Assembly (NCBI GenBank): GCA_002698225.1
Contig: NZWD01000004.1
Coordinates: 20,090 to 84,089, forward strand
Source of the DNA: Methanobacteriota archaeon
GTDB lineage: Archaea; Thermoplasmatota; Poseidoniia; Poseidoniales; Thalassarchaeaceae
Direction of reading: 5' to 3'
DNA: 64,000 nt
The notes beneath the pieces are model-generated. The model was given only the letters and a program-made list of their open reading frames with translations, made no database searches and was not told the DNA's origin. Shown here piece after piece: positions 30,254 to 40,387 of this stretch (position 1 is the stretch's first letter; every line of letters starts with the position of its first letter). A program made the translations under genes and the position numbers.

Positions 30254-30323
30254 ACTCACGGCCTAGTGCCTTCCACCCTTCTAGGGTACAGCGCTACCGT
30301 GAGTTCATCATGGATGTGAGAAT

Positions 30324-32240
30324 ATGCGTCTAACACTGAGTGAATTAAAGAAGAAGATATCCAAATTGGTCCCCAGTGATATCAATTACGAAGTCGACCT
30401 AGAGGCAGGCTCCATTTCGATAATTACAGACCAGCCGGCAGCCTTCGGTGGCTCGGGCGAAAATCTCACAGTCAAGATTGCTAAGTCAGTGAAGCGACGC
30501 ATAGTTATCCGACCACATCCTGATTTGTTGGCCGATGAGGCTGCTGTTCACGATGCTATCCTGAAATTCATCCCCGATGAGGCGAAGCTGCGCAAGACCT
30601 GGTTAGATCCTGCTATTTCCCAAGTCATTCTAGAATGCGATGATCCATCTTCGGCAGTCGGACCAAAGGGATCCAACATCAAGGCATTGAGGGATGAGAT
30701 TGGGTGGCTGGTCGATGTAGTCAGAGCCCCAGCAATCGAGAGCCGGACTCAACATGATATCAGGCGTTTCCGCAAGGAAATGGCAGATGAGAGAAAGTCC
30801 TTACTGAGAAAGTTCGGGACTAGAATCTATCGCCCTCCTAGACCCGGTGAATCATGGGTTCGTGTCACTGCCCTTGGATCGTACCGAGAAGTCGGCAGGG
30901 CAATGCATCTTGTGACCACTAATGAGTCCAAGGTACTTGTTGACTGTGGAGCGAAGCCTACTACTAATCGCAGCGAGGTCGAACCTTTCTTCACCGCTCC
31001 CGAACTACTTCCTCTTGACAATCTCGATGCCATAGTCATCACACACGCTCACATAGACCACATTGGTATGCTCCCTGTTCTGTTCAAGTACGGCTACAGA
31101 GGGCCAGTCTACTGCACTCCTCCAACTAGAGATTTGATGACTTTGCTTCAAATTGACTACATCAAGGTGGCAAGAGCGGAAGGCAATGAGCCACCTTATT
31201 CCAAAGCAGACATACAGGAATGTATCAAACACATTGTGGATGTCAACTGGGGAGATAAGACCGATGTCTCTCCTGACATTAAGATGACAATGGAAAATGC
31301 TGGACACATCCTCGGTTCATCCAGCGTTTACATGCAGATAGGTGAGGGCAAGGGTGAGCATAAGCTGTTGTTCTCGGGCGATATCAAGTATGAGAAATCT
31401 TGGTTGTTCGATGCCGCTACTGTCAGGTTCCCAAAGGTCGAGACGCTGGTCATCGAGTCCACTTACGGGGGGCCTCAGGATATCCAGCCGACTAGACAGC
31501 AGGCCAGCCAAGAGTTGCAGGATCTCATACAAGACTCATTGGGAAGGGGTAGCAAAATATTCTGCCCTGTATTCGCCGTTGGCCGCTCCCAAGAGGTCAT
31601 GATAGCAATCGACCAGTTATTCAAATCGGGCAATATTAAACCGGTCACAGTCTGGCTCGACGGAATGATTTCAGAGGCTACTGCGATTCACTCCAGTCAC
31701 CCCAATTTCCTCAACAGAGACCTCAGAGGTAAGATGCTGAAGGGCGGTGCTGAAAATCCATTTAATTCACCTTGGTTCAAGCAGGTTGATTCAAGAGAGC
31801 AGCGCGAGAGTATTTTACTTGACCCTAGTCCATGCATAGTCCTAGCTACCAGTGGAATGATGACTGGTGGTCCGATTGTAGAGTACTTCAAGAACTGGGC
31901 ACCTGAGCCCAGTAACACTCTGTGCTTCGTTGGATACCAAGCATCTGGTACACTGGGAAGACGACTTCAGCAGGGTCACCCTCAAGTCCCACTCTCCGAC
32001 GGAGGTCAGACACTGATGGTCGATGTTAGATGCAATACTGTTACTATCGACGGATTCAGTGGGCATTCTGATAGAAATCAGCTCTTCGATTATGTCTCCG
32101 CCCTAAATCCGACTCCTCGAAAAATCATCTGCCATCATGGCGATCCTCAGACCTGTAATGCTTTCAGGCAGGGTTTGAGAGAGAGATTCAGAGTTCAGAC
32201 ATACGCCCCTGCTAACCTAGAGACACTCAGGTTGACATAA
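30324..32240 (+). CDS. fttA: beta-CASP ribonuclease aCPSF1 / termination factor FttA
   Basis: Two KH domains, THAHIDH, AGHILGS, GFSGHSD; canonical position after psmB. Confidence 0.95.
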   Translation: MRLTLSELKKKISKLVPSDINYEVDLEAGSISIITDQPAAFGGSGENLTVKIAKSVKRRIVIRPHPDLLADEAAVHDAILKFIPDEAKLRKTWLDPAISQVILECDDPSSAVGPKGSNIKALRDEIGWLVDVVRAPAIESRTQHDIRRFRKEMADERKSLLRKFGTRIYRPPRPGESWVRVTALGSYREVGRAMHLVTTNESKVLVDCGAKPTTNRSEVEPFFTAPELLPLDNLDAIVITHAHIDHIGMLPVLFKYGYRGPVYCTPPTRDLMTLLQIDYIKVARAEGNEPPYSKADIQECIKHIVDVNWGDKTDVSPDIKMTMENAGHILGSSSVYMQIGEGKGEHKLLFSGDIKYEKSWLFDAATVRFPKVETLVIESTYGGPQDIQPTRQQASQELQDLIQDSLGRGSKIFCPVFAVGRSQEVMIAIDQLFKSGNIKPVTVWLDGMISEATAIHSSHPNFLNRDLRGKMLKGGAENPFNSPWFKQVDSREQRESILLDPSPCIVLATSGMMTGGPIVEYFKNWAPEPSNTLCFVGYQASGTLGRRLQQGHPQVPLSDGGQTLMVDVRCNTVTIDGFSGHSDRNQLFDYVSALNPTPRKIICHHGDPQTCNAFRQGLRERFRVQTYAPANLETLRLT

Positions 32241-32513
32241 TTAGAGTACGGGTACATCATAGCCCGATTCAACCGGGTCCGGAGTCTCTGTGACTACTTC
32301 CGAATCTTCGTCATCTTCGTCCCAATCAGACTCATCTCTATCAGGAGACTCCCAAGGAAGACTCGTACTAAGTGCGAGTACGAGTGCCATCGGAGTTAGA
32401 AGGAGGTACCCCCAAGATTCTGTGGTTAACTCTCCGTTCTCTGCAAAAGAGCTGCCCGACATGAAAATGAATACAACGGCAAGCAACCATCCGGTCATTA
32501 CTCTAACTCGCAC
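32241..32513 (-). CDS. Small two-TM membrane protein with acidic tail
   Basis: Two hydrophobic segments; tail PDPVESGYDVPVL. Confidence 0.65.
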   Translation of the reverse strand: MRVRVMTGWLLAVVFIFMSGSSFAENGELTTESWGYLLLTPMALVLALSTSLPWESPDRDESDWDEDDEDSEVVTETPDPVESGYDVPVL

Positions 32514-32746
32514 AAACAGGCTAAAGGCCCAATGTTCATCAAATGGCCCTTAAGACCATTCAATTTTCACCATAATTATGCCATACAACCCATGTCCAAA
32601 ATCCTCACTCGGCCGGATCTTGGGTCAGCGCTGATAATGATGCCGCAACTCAAACACATAGCCCTGCGTACACCACCATGGCCATAAATATTCTTTCTTT
32701 GAAATGTATTTGCAGAGGACAAACTATTGTACTCTGAGACTACGGT

Positions 32747-33190
32747 TTGGCCGTGGAACGGCATTGGGTACTCATCAGGTGCACCTGTGGTAGCACTTAC
32801 GGTTCTGCTAGGGGCTCTGCACACTCATGCCCTCACTGTGGGTCATCCAAAGGCTCAGAATTGAAACTCTTTGAATCCCCCGATGAACTCTCGGAGGCAG
32901 TAGCGAGATCGAATCTCCCAGACGGCATAGCTCAGGAGGTTGAATCCAGATTGGCATCTCAACAGGCCAAGGCTGAGTCTAAGGCGAACATGTCGAGAGG
33001 TGGGGCCGAGGCAATCCGCAGAATAATGCGCCAGGCAACATCTTCAGATGGTACTTTGACTGTCGAATCATTGTCTCAAGAACTGCTCAAGGAGGGTTAC
33101 GATGAACCGACAGCAGAGCGTGTTATTGGTGGTGCAGAACTTGATGGGGTACTAATTCGAAACAGTCCGACTTCATGGGCTTGGCTCTAG
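32747..33190 (+). CDS. Zinc-ribbon plus winged-helix-like protein (DUF1922/DUF5817-like)
   Basis: RCTCG...CPHCG; C-terminal helix-wing pattern. Confidence 0.72.
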   Translation: MAVERHWVLIRCTCGSTYGSARGSAHSCPHCGSSKGSELKLFESPDELSEAVARSNLPDGIAQEVESRLASQQAKAESKANMSRGGAEAIRRIMRQATSSDGTLTVESLSQELLKEGYDEPTAERVIGGAELDGVLIRNSPTSWAWL

Positions 33191-33227
33191 TAACCTTCAT
33201 CTCAACATCTCCAGTGGACAGGGGTCA

Positions 33228-33305
33228 GGGCCCGTGGGTTAGTCTGGCCAATGCTTGTTGGTTTGGGACCAATAGACCCAGGTTCAAATCCTGGCGGGCC
33301 CACCA
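33228..33305 (+). tRNA. tRNA-Pro (TGG), intronless, encoded CCA
   Basis: Acceptor GGGCCCG/CGGGCCC, anticodon stem GTTGG/CCAAT with loop TTTGGGA, T-arm CCAGG-TTCAAAT-CCTGG, 3' ACCA. Confidence 0.96.
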
Positions 33306-34079
33306 CTACTCGACGCGGCGAATAGCTTCGATATCAAATAGTGAAACGGCGTTTTCTAGAGCGTTATTCTTAGAGAACCATCGCGCATCCTCAATCTCAT
33401 CGTCCTTAGGGACAATATCTTCAGCAGGGATATCTGCATTGCATCGGTAGGTGAACGAGAGCCAGTTTATCCCATCTTGCTGGAAAATAGCCTGTTGGAT
33501 TACAGCCCCATCATCCCCCTCAGACGATTCGCCTGACTCTCCCTTGGGGTCAGGTATGCTAATGCTGATTCCCAACTCTTCCAAAGCCTCTCTCTCAGCT
33601 CCCTCGCGTGGGTGTTCGGCATAATCGACAAATCCCCCTGGGAGAGTCCAACATCCGGTGAAGAAGCCACGACTAACCTTCGCCATCAGAATTTCATCAT
33701 TTGAATTGGTAATCACTACTTTACTCACAACCCTGTGTAGAGTTCGATAGACCGATTCGCGGGCAACTGGGTCTACTGCGCTGTCAGAGATTACAGCATC
33801 CTTCCAAGCCCAATGCCCGGGCCATGGTACATCTGGTGTGGCTACAGTGACTACATGGTCATCCTGGCCTAGACGGAATCTGTTAACTCTCCTCTCCTTC
33901 CAACTAATTCCCATATCTGTTGCTTCACTAGGAGATGGAAGTCGAATCAGGAAATCCCCTCCTTCCCATTCTGTCCGCCCCTTCCTTGGGATAGCTGGGC
34001 CTTTTCCTTGCATATCGACAAGAAGTAACTTGCCGTCATGCTCGAGGTGGATATGCTCGCAGTTCCTGTTCACAGTCAT
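33306..34079 (-). CDS. NUDIX hydrolase with N-terminal extension
   Basis: Nudix box GGFVDYAEHPREGAEREALEELG. Confidence 0.9.
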   Translation of the reverse strand: MTVNRNCEHIHLEHDGKLLLVDMQGKGPAIPRKGRTEWEGGDFLIRLPSPSEATDMGISWKERRVNRFRLGQDDHVVTVATPDVPWPGHWAWKDAVISDSAVDPVARESVYRTLHRVVSKVVITNSNDEILMAKVSRGFFTGCWTLPGGFVDYAEHPREGAEREALEELGISISIPDPKGESGESSEGDDGAVIQQAIFQQDGINWLSFTYRCNADIPAEDIVPKDDEIEDARWFSKNNALENAVSLFDIEAIRRVE

Positions 34080-34109
34080 CCCAATACCTCGAAGCGGATG
34101 AATCCAGCG

Positions 34110-35048
34110 CTAGTAGTCTAGAATTGAACTCAATTGCTCCTTGTAAAATGCCGCTGATCCTTGCAGACTCTCGAGTTCGGATTTTTCGAGTTCTAACTCA
34201 ACGACTTTTTCTACTCCTTCACTACCTAGTATCACAGGAACTCCGATGTAGATGTCATCTAGGCCGTACTGGCCAGTCAAGTAAGCGCTACAAGGAAGGA
34301 TACGCTTCCTGTCTTTCAGTATGGATTCAGCCATAATCGCTGCCGCTGATCCGGGGGCGTAGAACGCACTACCCTTCTCGAGCAACTTGACTATCTCCCC
34401 TCCTCCTCCTGCGGTCCTTTCAGAGATTGCCTCAATTGTTGCCTCGTCCATTAGTTGAGTAATGGGAATTCCAGAGACGGTTGTGTATCTGGGCAGGGGT
34501 ACCATGGTATCACCATGACCACCCAGCACCATGGCTTGGACATCCTCATTGGATACGCCAAGCTCCTCTGCGATGAAGTGAGTCATTCTCGCAGAGTCTA
34601 GAATGCCGGCTTGCCCAACTACCCTCTCGGGTGGAAAACCAGTGACTTTCTGCATATGGTAGGTCATCAAATCGAGAGGGTTGGTGACCATTACTATGAC
34701 AGAGTCAGGAGCATGCTCGCGGATACCCCCTCCGACCTGTGAGATGATATCAGCATTCTTACCCACTAGATCTTCTCGAGTCATTCCCGGCTTACGAGGG
34801 AATCCAGAAGTAACAACCACAACATCGGCGTCCGCGATATCCTCGTAGTCCTTAGTGCCAGTAATTCGCCCATCATAGTTCAGAATCTGCCCCCCCTGAC
34901 TCATGTCGAGCGCCTTGCCTTTGGCAAAGCCCTCGTAAATGTCCAATAGGACCACCTCTCCGATGTTCTTCTGGGCCAGCACAAAAGCGCAAGTCGCACC
35001 TACATTCCCAGCCCCAATCACTGCAACCTTACCTGCACCCCTCGACAT
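34110..35048 (-). CDS. mdh: Malate dehydrogenase (LDH-like)
   Basis: GAGNVG, PRKPGMTREDL, LDSAR, GGHGD. Confidence 0.96.
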   Translation of the reverse strand: MSRGAGKVAVIGAGNVGATCAFVLAQKNIGEVVLLDIYEGFAKGKALDMSQGGQILNYDGRITGTKDYEDIADADVVVVTSGFPRKPGMTREDLVGKNADIISQVGGGIREHAPDSVIVMVTNPLDLMTYHMQKVTGFPPERVVGQAGILDSARMTHFIAEELGVSNEDVQAMVLGGHGDTMVPLPRYTTVSGIPITQLMDEATIEAISERTAGGGGEIVKLLEKGSAFYAPGSAAAIMAESILKDRKRILPCSAYLTGQYGLDDIYIGVPVILGSEGVEKVVELELEKSELESLQGSAAFYKEQLSSILDY

Positions 35049-35198
35049 GTTATCCTCGGTTGCTCGCCGGCGGCTTCGGACTTAGCATTAGTGATGGAGA
35101 CTTGTCCTCCTCAGCAAGCAGAGTGAATGCTTCGGCGACGGCTTCAAGAAGTGCCTCAAGGTGGAGTGAGTCGTCGAGACTGAGCCTATGGCTCAACT

Positions 35199-35205
35199 GG
35201 AGGTG
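35199..35205 (+). promoter_or_regulatory. Shine-Dalgarno GGAGGTG of pntA, preceded by a small hairpin
   Basis: SD 5 nt before ATG 35211; TGAGCC-TAT-GGCTCA at 35181-35195. Confidence 0.6.
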
Positions 35206-35210
35206 TTTGA

Positions 35211-36371
35211 ATGAAACTCGGAGTCATCACTGAGCCCGAGGGAGAAAACAGAGTCGCCATCGTTCCCAATTCAATACCCAAGTTGAACAAGGTTGGTTTC
35301 GAGGTTCTAGTCGAATCAGGAGCCGGAACTTCTTCGAACTACTCAGATGCCGAGTTTGAGTCCAAGGGTGCTAGCGTGACCTCGAGAGGTGATGCTCTGT
35401 CTGCGGATATCCTAGTGACTATCCACATGCCCGATTCTTCTCAGTTGAAAAGGGGGCAAGTCATTGCCTGCGTCGCCGACCCGTTTCGGCATCCTGAGAG
35501 AGTCAGAGAATGCATAGATTCCTCAATCACCCTTCTCAGCATGGATATGATTCCACGCAGACTGTCAAGAGCCCAGTCCATGGATTTTAATTCTAGCCAA
35601 GATAATCTGGCTGGTTACAAAGCTGTGTTAATGGGAGCAGCCCATATTGGTAAATCAATCCCGATGATGACTACAAGCGCGGGCACAGTCAAGCCTGCCA
35701 AGTTCGTCATAATGGGAAGTGGAGTGGCAGGTCTACAGGCTATCGCCACAGCCAAGCGTCTGGGTGCCATAGTATTCGCATCCGATGTGAGGAAGTCTGC
35801 TGCAGAGCAGATTGAGTCGGTTGGTGGACGATTCATCGAAGTTGAGGGCATGGATGACTTTGAGGATGAGTCAGGCTACGCTAAACCACTCACTCCGGAG
35901 TTTATTCAGAAGGTCAACGATACTGTTTGCGAGGTCGCCAAGGATGCTGATGTCATCGTCACTACTGCGAGAATCTTCGGCAGACCCGCGCCAATCACAA
36001 TACCAGCTGATGCTGTATCCTCGTTCAAGTCAGGAGCAGTCATTGTCGACATGAACGCCGATGTAGGGGGTAACTGTGAACTTACAGAGGCCGGACAAAT
36101 AGTGATGCATAATGATGTCACCATAGTCGGAATCGAGAATCTACCGGGCACTATCGCCTCTACTGCAAGCATGCTTTACTCAAACAACCTGACAAATTTT
36201 GTCACTTCACTGATGATTGATGGGGAGTTCACCATGTCCATGGAAGATGATGTCTTAGTTGGTGCAGATGAGGGTTCAGACTTTCATGTCCCTGGAATGG
36301 GTGGCGTGCTAATCTGCTCCGAGGGAGCAATCCATCCAAAGCAATCACGATTATCGGAGGTGGTTGAATGA
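35211..36371 (+). CDS. pntA: NAD(P) transhydrogenase alpha-1 subunit (domain I)
   Basis: ENRVAIVP, SRAQSMD, GSGVAGLQAIATAKRLGA, GGNCELT. Confidence 0.95.
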   Translation: MKLGVITEPEGENRVAIVPNSIPKLNKVGFEVLVESGAGTSSNYSDAEFESKGASVTSRGDALSADILVTIHMPDSSQLKRGQVIACVADPFRHPERVRECIDSSITLLSMDMIPRRLSRAQSMDFNSSQDNLAGYKAVLMGAAHIGKSIPMMTTSAGTVKPAKFVIMGSGVAGLQAIATAKRLGAIVFASDVRKSAAEQIESVGGRFIEVEGMDDFEDESGYAKPLTPEFIQKVNDTVCEVAKDADVIVTTARIFGRPAPITIPADAVSSFKSGAVIVDMNADVGGNCELTEAGQIVMHNDVTIVGIENLPGTIASTASMLYSNNLTNFVTSLMIDGEFTMSMEDDVLVGADEGSDFHVPGMGGVLICSEGAIHPKQSRLSEVVE

Positions 36372-36688
36372 GCCTTACCGTAGCAGCCGTAGTAGGGAGT
36401 ATCACAGTATTCATCCTTGCAATATTCTTGGGTTTTGAGTTGATTAGCAAGGTACCTCCTACGCTACACACTCCGTTGATGTCGGGTGCTAATGCTATTT
36501 CCGGGATTACGATAGTCGGCGCACTCATTCTATCAAATACTGCATTCAACAATGGCGATCCTGGCACAGCCGCTTGGCTTGCATTCGCGGCCCTCGTTAT
36601 GGCTACCATCAATGTGGTTGGTGGATTCATGGTCACAAACAAGATGCTCGAGATGATTGCCGGCAAGAAGAGAAAGGGAGGTGGTTGA
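36368..36688 (+). CDS. pntA: NAD(P) transhydrogenase alpha-2 membrane subunit
   Basis: LHTPLMSGANAISG, INVVGGFMVT. Confidence 0.95.
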   Translation: MSLTVAAVVGSITVFILAIFLGFELISKVPPTLHTPLMSGANAISGITIVGALILSNTAFNNGDPGTAAWLAFAALVMATINVVGGFMVTNKMLEMIAGKKRKGGG

Positions 36689-38137
36689 TTGGTTGACGCA
36701 GCAGTTTGGGATATAGGCTATCTGATTGCCGCAGCGCTGTTTATCATTGGGATAAAGAGACTATCTAGCCCTAGGACTGCTCCGCAAGGAAATAGACTTG
36801 GTTCTATGGGAATGCTTCTTGCTGTCGTGATCACTCTGGTTAGGATGCAATCAGAGGGAATAATTGGCTGGGAGCTGATTGTCGGAGGTCTGGCCATTGG
36901 GGCAATAATTGGCGCCCTGATGGCAACCAGGGTCGAGATGACTGGAATGCCAGAATTGGTAGCGCTCTTCAATGGCTTCGGAGGCGGCGCATCGGCTTTG
37001 GTGGCACTTTCAGAGGTACTCGGTAGATTGGAGCATGGAAATGTTCCAGATGCAGGGATTGAACTGTATGCAGTTTGGGTCGCCATCGGCCTTTCAGGAA
37101 TAGTCGGTTGGGTTACCCTGACCGGCTCTCTTGTAGCCATGATGAAACTCAAGGGCGGTTTCTATATCCCATTCAGCAAGAAAGACGACCGCGGTCGACC
37201 CAAGTGGGTTAGTTTCCCAACATGGGGTCCATCTTGGCTCAATGCCGCCAAGGTCCTGCTGCTTACCGCTTCTTTTGCATTAATCTGGATGACCATCGAT
37301 GATCCGACAAATAAGGACTACATCTGGATGATTGTGGCATTCTCAAGTCTACTCGGAATACTGTTTGTTTTGCCAATCGGTGGCGCAGATATGCCTGTGG
37401 TAGTCAGCCTACTCAACTCACTATCTGGAATTGCAGCTGCATTCACCGGCTTCGTGATTGGAAACAATGTCCTGATTATCGCAGGTTCGATGGTAGGGGC
37501 GGCTGGACTGATCCTGACTTTCATTATGTGTAAGGCGATGAATAGAACTCTACCGGATGTCCTGTTCAAGGCATTCGGCGGTTCTGCAGAGAAGGATCAG
37601 TTGACTCGTACTAAGGTCGGCAGTGATCCCGAGGAGGTTGCTATGGTTCTGGATGGAGCTCAGAGAGTGATTGTGATTCCCGGATATGGTATGGCAGTCA
37701 GCCAGAGCCAGCATGCAGTCAAGGAGTTTGCCGACTTTATGGAAGCAGAAGGATGCGAAATATCCTATGCTATTCACCCAGTTGCAGGAAGAATGCCTGG
37801 CCACATGAATGTCTTGCTGGCAGAGGCCAGCGTTCCTTATGAGCAGTTAATCGAGATGGATGACATTAATCCCGAATTCCCCGAGTGCGATGTTGCCGTA
37901 GTAATCGGGGCCAACGATACTACCAACCCGGCTGCTCGTACTGGAGAGGGACCGTTGGCAGGAATGCCTATTCTAGATGTGGACAAGGCTAGGGTTGTCG
38001 TCATTATCAAGAGAAGCCTTTCTGTGGGCTATGCTGGAGTCGACAACGACCTGTTTTACATGGACAAGACGATGATGCTATTCGGTGATGGCAAGAAGAT
38101 GATGAATGAGCTAAACTCGGCGTTGAAGGAGTTGTGA
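36689..38137 (+). CDS. pntB: NAD(P) transhydrogenase beta subunit
   Basis: PIGGADMPVV, PGYGMAV, HPVAGRMPGHMNVLLAEA, GYAGVDN. Confidence 0.97.
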   Translation: MVDAAVWDIGYLIAAALFIIGIKRLSSPRTAPQGNRLGSMGMLLAVVITLVRMQSEGIIGWELIVGGLAIGAIIGALMATRVEMTGMPELVALFNGFGGGASALVALSEVLGRLEHGNVPDAGIELYAVWVAIGLSGIVGWVTLTGSLVAMMKLKGGFYIPFSKKDDRGRPKWVSFPTWGPSWLNAAKVLLLTASFALIWMTIDDPTNKDYIWMIVAFSSLLGILFVLPIGGADMPVVVSLLNSLSGIAAAFTGFVIGNNVLIIAGSMVGAAGLILTFIMCKAMNRTLPDVLFKAFGGSAEKDQLTRTKVGSDPEEVAMVLDGAQRVIVIPGYGMAVSQSQHAVKEFADFMEAEGCEISYAIHPVAGRMPGHMNVLLAEASVPYEQLIEMDDINPEFPECDVAVVIGANDTTNPAARTGEGPLAGMPILDVDKARVVVIIKRSLSVGYAGVDNDLFYMDKTMMLFGDGKKMMNELNSALKEL

Positions 38138-38210
38138 AGCAGCGCATCCCTAAGGGATGCGTCCGAGCAACGGTTATGAGACTCCGACCGACGAGGTCAT
38201 ACCGGTAGTT

Positions 38211-39263
38211 ATGCGAGGAGCGCTGTCCAAGGCTTCGGTATGCTTGGTAATCTTGACCCTTCTAGCATTGCCAGCGTTTGGGATGAGCAACGGACCCGCT
38301 GCGCTCAATGGCAATGAAGAGTCTACTGTGAAGTATGGGTGCTCGTGCCACAATAACGGGGCGCCATCAGAGAGAGTTATCGTGATGATAACAGGAGTTC
38401 CGGTGATGTATGAGACAGATGTTTCCTATTCACTCACCATCACAGTGGCCGACTCTCTGACTCTTTCTGGAGGAGATGGTAACACTAAGGCAGGATTTCT
38501 ACTCTCATCTGGTGGTGTCGGTGCATTTTCATGGTCTGATGACCAAGATCTCAGGCAAGCAGAGGATGCACCAGAAGATGTTTCTCACTCAGAAATCGAT
38601 TCTGACGGAGTATGGGTATTGACTTGGACCTCTCCTTCAGAAGATGTCGGAAATGTCAACTTCTGGCTCGCCGGGAATTCCGTAGACGGAGGGGGGTTGA
38701 ATGACGAGACTGACTACTGGAACCTCCTAGCCTTCTCGATCAGCCCACCTGGAACTATCGTCTCAGGTGATGATGCTGCTACTCTTGAGACTAGAACCAT
38801 CTCTGTTGGAGATTACGACACCCTGTTCGTGATCGAGGAGTCAGCGGCCCAAAAGGAGGCCGAACGTCAGGCTGCATTGGCACTAAGCATCTATCGACAG
38901 GGTAACGCTCTGTACTGGACCAGTTTAGTCGCCCTGCTTGTCGGGGCTGTATTTCAGAGGGAAGTACTGGAGAGGCGCTATGGAGATGGTCCAGAGTACC
39001 TTGCCATGGAACTGGCATATCCGCAGGCTATCCGCAGGAGTCTTCTCAGTATTGCGTCCTTTGTAATAGGGGTCCGATGGTTGTCGTCCGACGCCGCAAT
39101 CTCATTCCCTCCTGCTAGCATCGTCGAAGAAGGGACTCGCGTTACTAATCTCACTGGATTCCTAATCGGTTGTGCTTTCTTCCTCAGTGCTTGGGCGGCA
39201 TACGGAGTTTACCGTACAATACTAGCTACTAGGGTCGAGCCTGATGTCAAGGACATCCTCTGA
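38211..39263 (+). CDS. Secreted Reeler/choice-of-anchor-V-like domain membrane protein
   Basis: Signal peptide, GCSCH, WTSP...VNFWLAGNSVDG, three C-terminal TMs; start uncertain. Confidence 0.7.
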   Translation: MRGALSKASVCLVILTLLALPAFGMSNGPAALNGNEESTVKYGCSCHNNGAPSERVIVMITGVPVMYETDVSYSLTITVADSLTLSGGDGNTKAGFLLSSGGVGAFSWSDDQDLRQAEDAPEDVSHSEIDSDGVWVLTWTSPSEDVGNVNFWLAGNSVDGGGLNDETDYWNLLAFSISPPGTIVSGDDAATLETRTISVGDYDTLFVIEESAAQKEAERQAALALSIYRQGNALYWTSLVALLVGAVFQREVLERRYGDGPEYLAMELAYPQAIRRSLLSIASFVIGVRWLSSDAAISFPPASIVEEGTRVTNLTGFLIGCAFFLSAWAAYGVYRTILATRVEPDVKDIL

Positions 39264-39268
39264 GAAGT

Positions 39269-40387
39269 ATGGAACACCCTACCGCCCGCAGGATTCAATT
39301 CCCTCAGCATCTGTCAGATTTGTATTCTATATTCAGACAATCAATCTTGTTGATATTGGGGATATCACTTCTCTGGGGCTATGTCAGTGACTCGCTAATG
39401 ACCTCTTGGCTCGAATCACTTCCTCTAGGCAACTCCTCACTAGACCTCTCAATCTATTCTCCTTTTGATTGGCTTGAAATGAGATGGGCGATTTCTATCC
39501 TGTTGTCAATACTTACTGTAATGCCCCTCCTTTCAATTCGTCTACAGAGATTCGCTTCACCCGGACTCTTACCGAGTGAGCGTACATGGTTTTCCATTGT
39601 ACTGGCCTTCTGTACCTTAGTTCTACCAATAGCGATCATTCTGCTCTGGTGGATAGCATTTCCCGTTTTGATTGAGGCAACTCTTGCAGCAGACGCTCTG
39701 GATGGTGTTGGTAGTAGATATGATGCAGCATCAATTTTCGGCCTAGCGATAGGTGTTTCTTGGATACTTGTATGCATTATCCTTGCTACCGTAACCATGT
39801 CTCTAGCGAGACTCCTTGGAATGGTCGAAAAGGGGCGAACTAGAATGCGCAACAGATTGCTCGTAATTCTCGGAGGGGTACTGATTCTCTCGCTTCCCTC
39901 ACAATTCGAAGGACTAAGGATACTGTTAGCAATAATTGCCATGGCAATTACAGACTGGATTTCTTCCAGTCTCCCTGCAGCGGCTCTAGGAAGGCGACAG
40001 TTCGATGTTAGGAATCTCCAATCATCCACAGAAGAACCTCTCAGATTGGCCATAATCGATTGTTCCTGTGAAGGAGTATGCCCTAGTGTACCACCAGGGA
40101 GCTTGCCAGATGGAGTAGCTTCACCCACATGCGTTGCTCTTTGTCTGAATACGCATGAACAGGATGCTCTGGCAGACTTAGTTTCTCAGCATTCCATTAC
40201 AGAGCTAATAATTACTGGTTGTGATGCTGAGCCAATTCCATCTAAACTCAAGCGAAGCCTTAGCTCAAGTGGTTGTAGTACAAAGGGCCTGAGTTGGTTG
40301 GACGAAACACGCGCAGAATCAATTCATTGGAGGATGAAATCCATCACATATTCGACTCAAGAAGCAACCGAGTCTGCATTGGATTGA
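39269..40387 (+). CDS. tatC: TatC-like translocase subunit with C-terminal Cys-rich domain
   Basis: HLSDL, SPFDW...FASPGLLPSER, about 6 TMs; extra ~115 aa domain. Confidence 0.75.
   Translation: MEHPTARRIQFPQHLSDLYSIFRQSILLILGISLLWGYVSDSLMTSWLESLPLGNSSLDLSIYSPFDWLEMRWAISILLSILTVMPLLSIRLQRFASPGLLPSERTWFSIVLAFCTLVLPIAIILLWWIAFPVLIEATLAADALDGVGSRYDAASIFGLAIGVSWILVCIILATVTMSLARLLGMVEKGRTRMRNRLLVILGGVLILSLPSQFEGLRILLAIIAMAITDWISSSLPAAALGRRQFDVRNLQSSTEEPLRLAIIDCSCEGVCPSVPPGSLPDGVASPTCVALCLNTHEQDALADLVSQHSITELIITGCDAEPIPSKLKRSLSSSGCSTKGLSWLDETRAESIHWRMKSITYSTQEATESALD

Noticed and set aside
33228-33400. tRNA-Pro as integration site of a mobile element
   Set aside because: No integrase and no duplicated tRNA 3' end seen in the window; flanks are housekeeping genes
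33175-33450. 91-aa ORF
   Set aside because: Overlaps tRNA-Pro and the antisense of the NUDIX gene
35049-35210. Possible C/D box sRNA or riboswitch between mdh and pntA
   Set aside because: Only imperfect boxes and one 6-bp hairpin; adequately explained as divergent promoters plus SD
39454-40128. Long antisense ORFs (this 224-aa one, 14298-14900, 1043-1639 and others)
   Set aside because: Ser/Ile-rich antisense shadows of well-supported genes with no motifs
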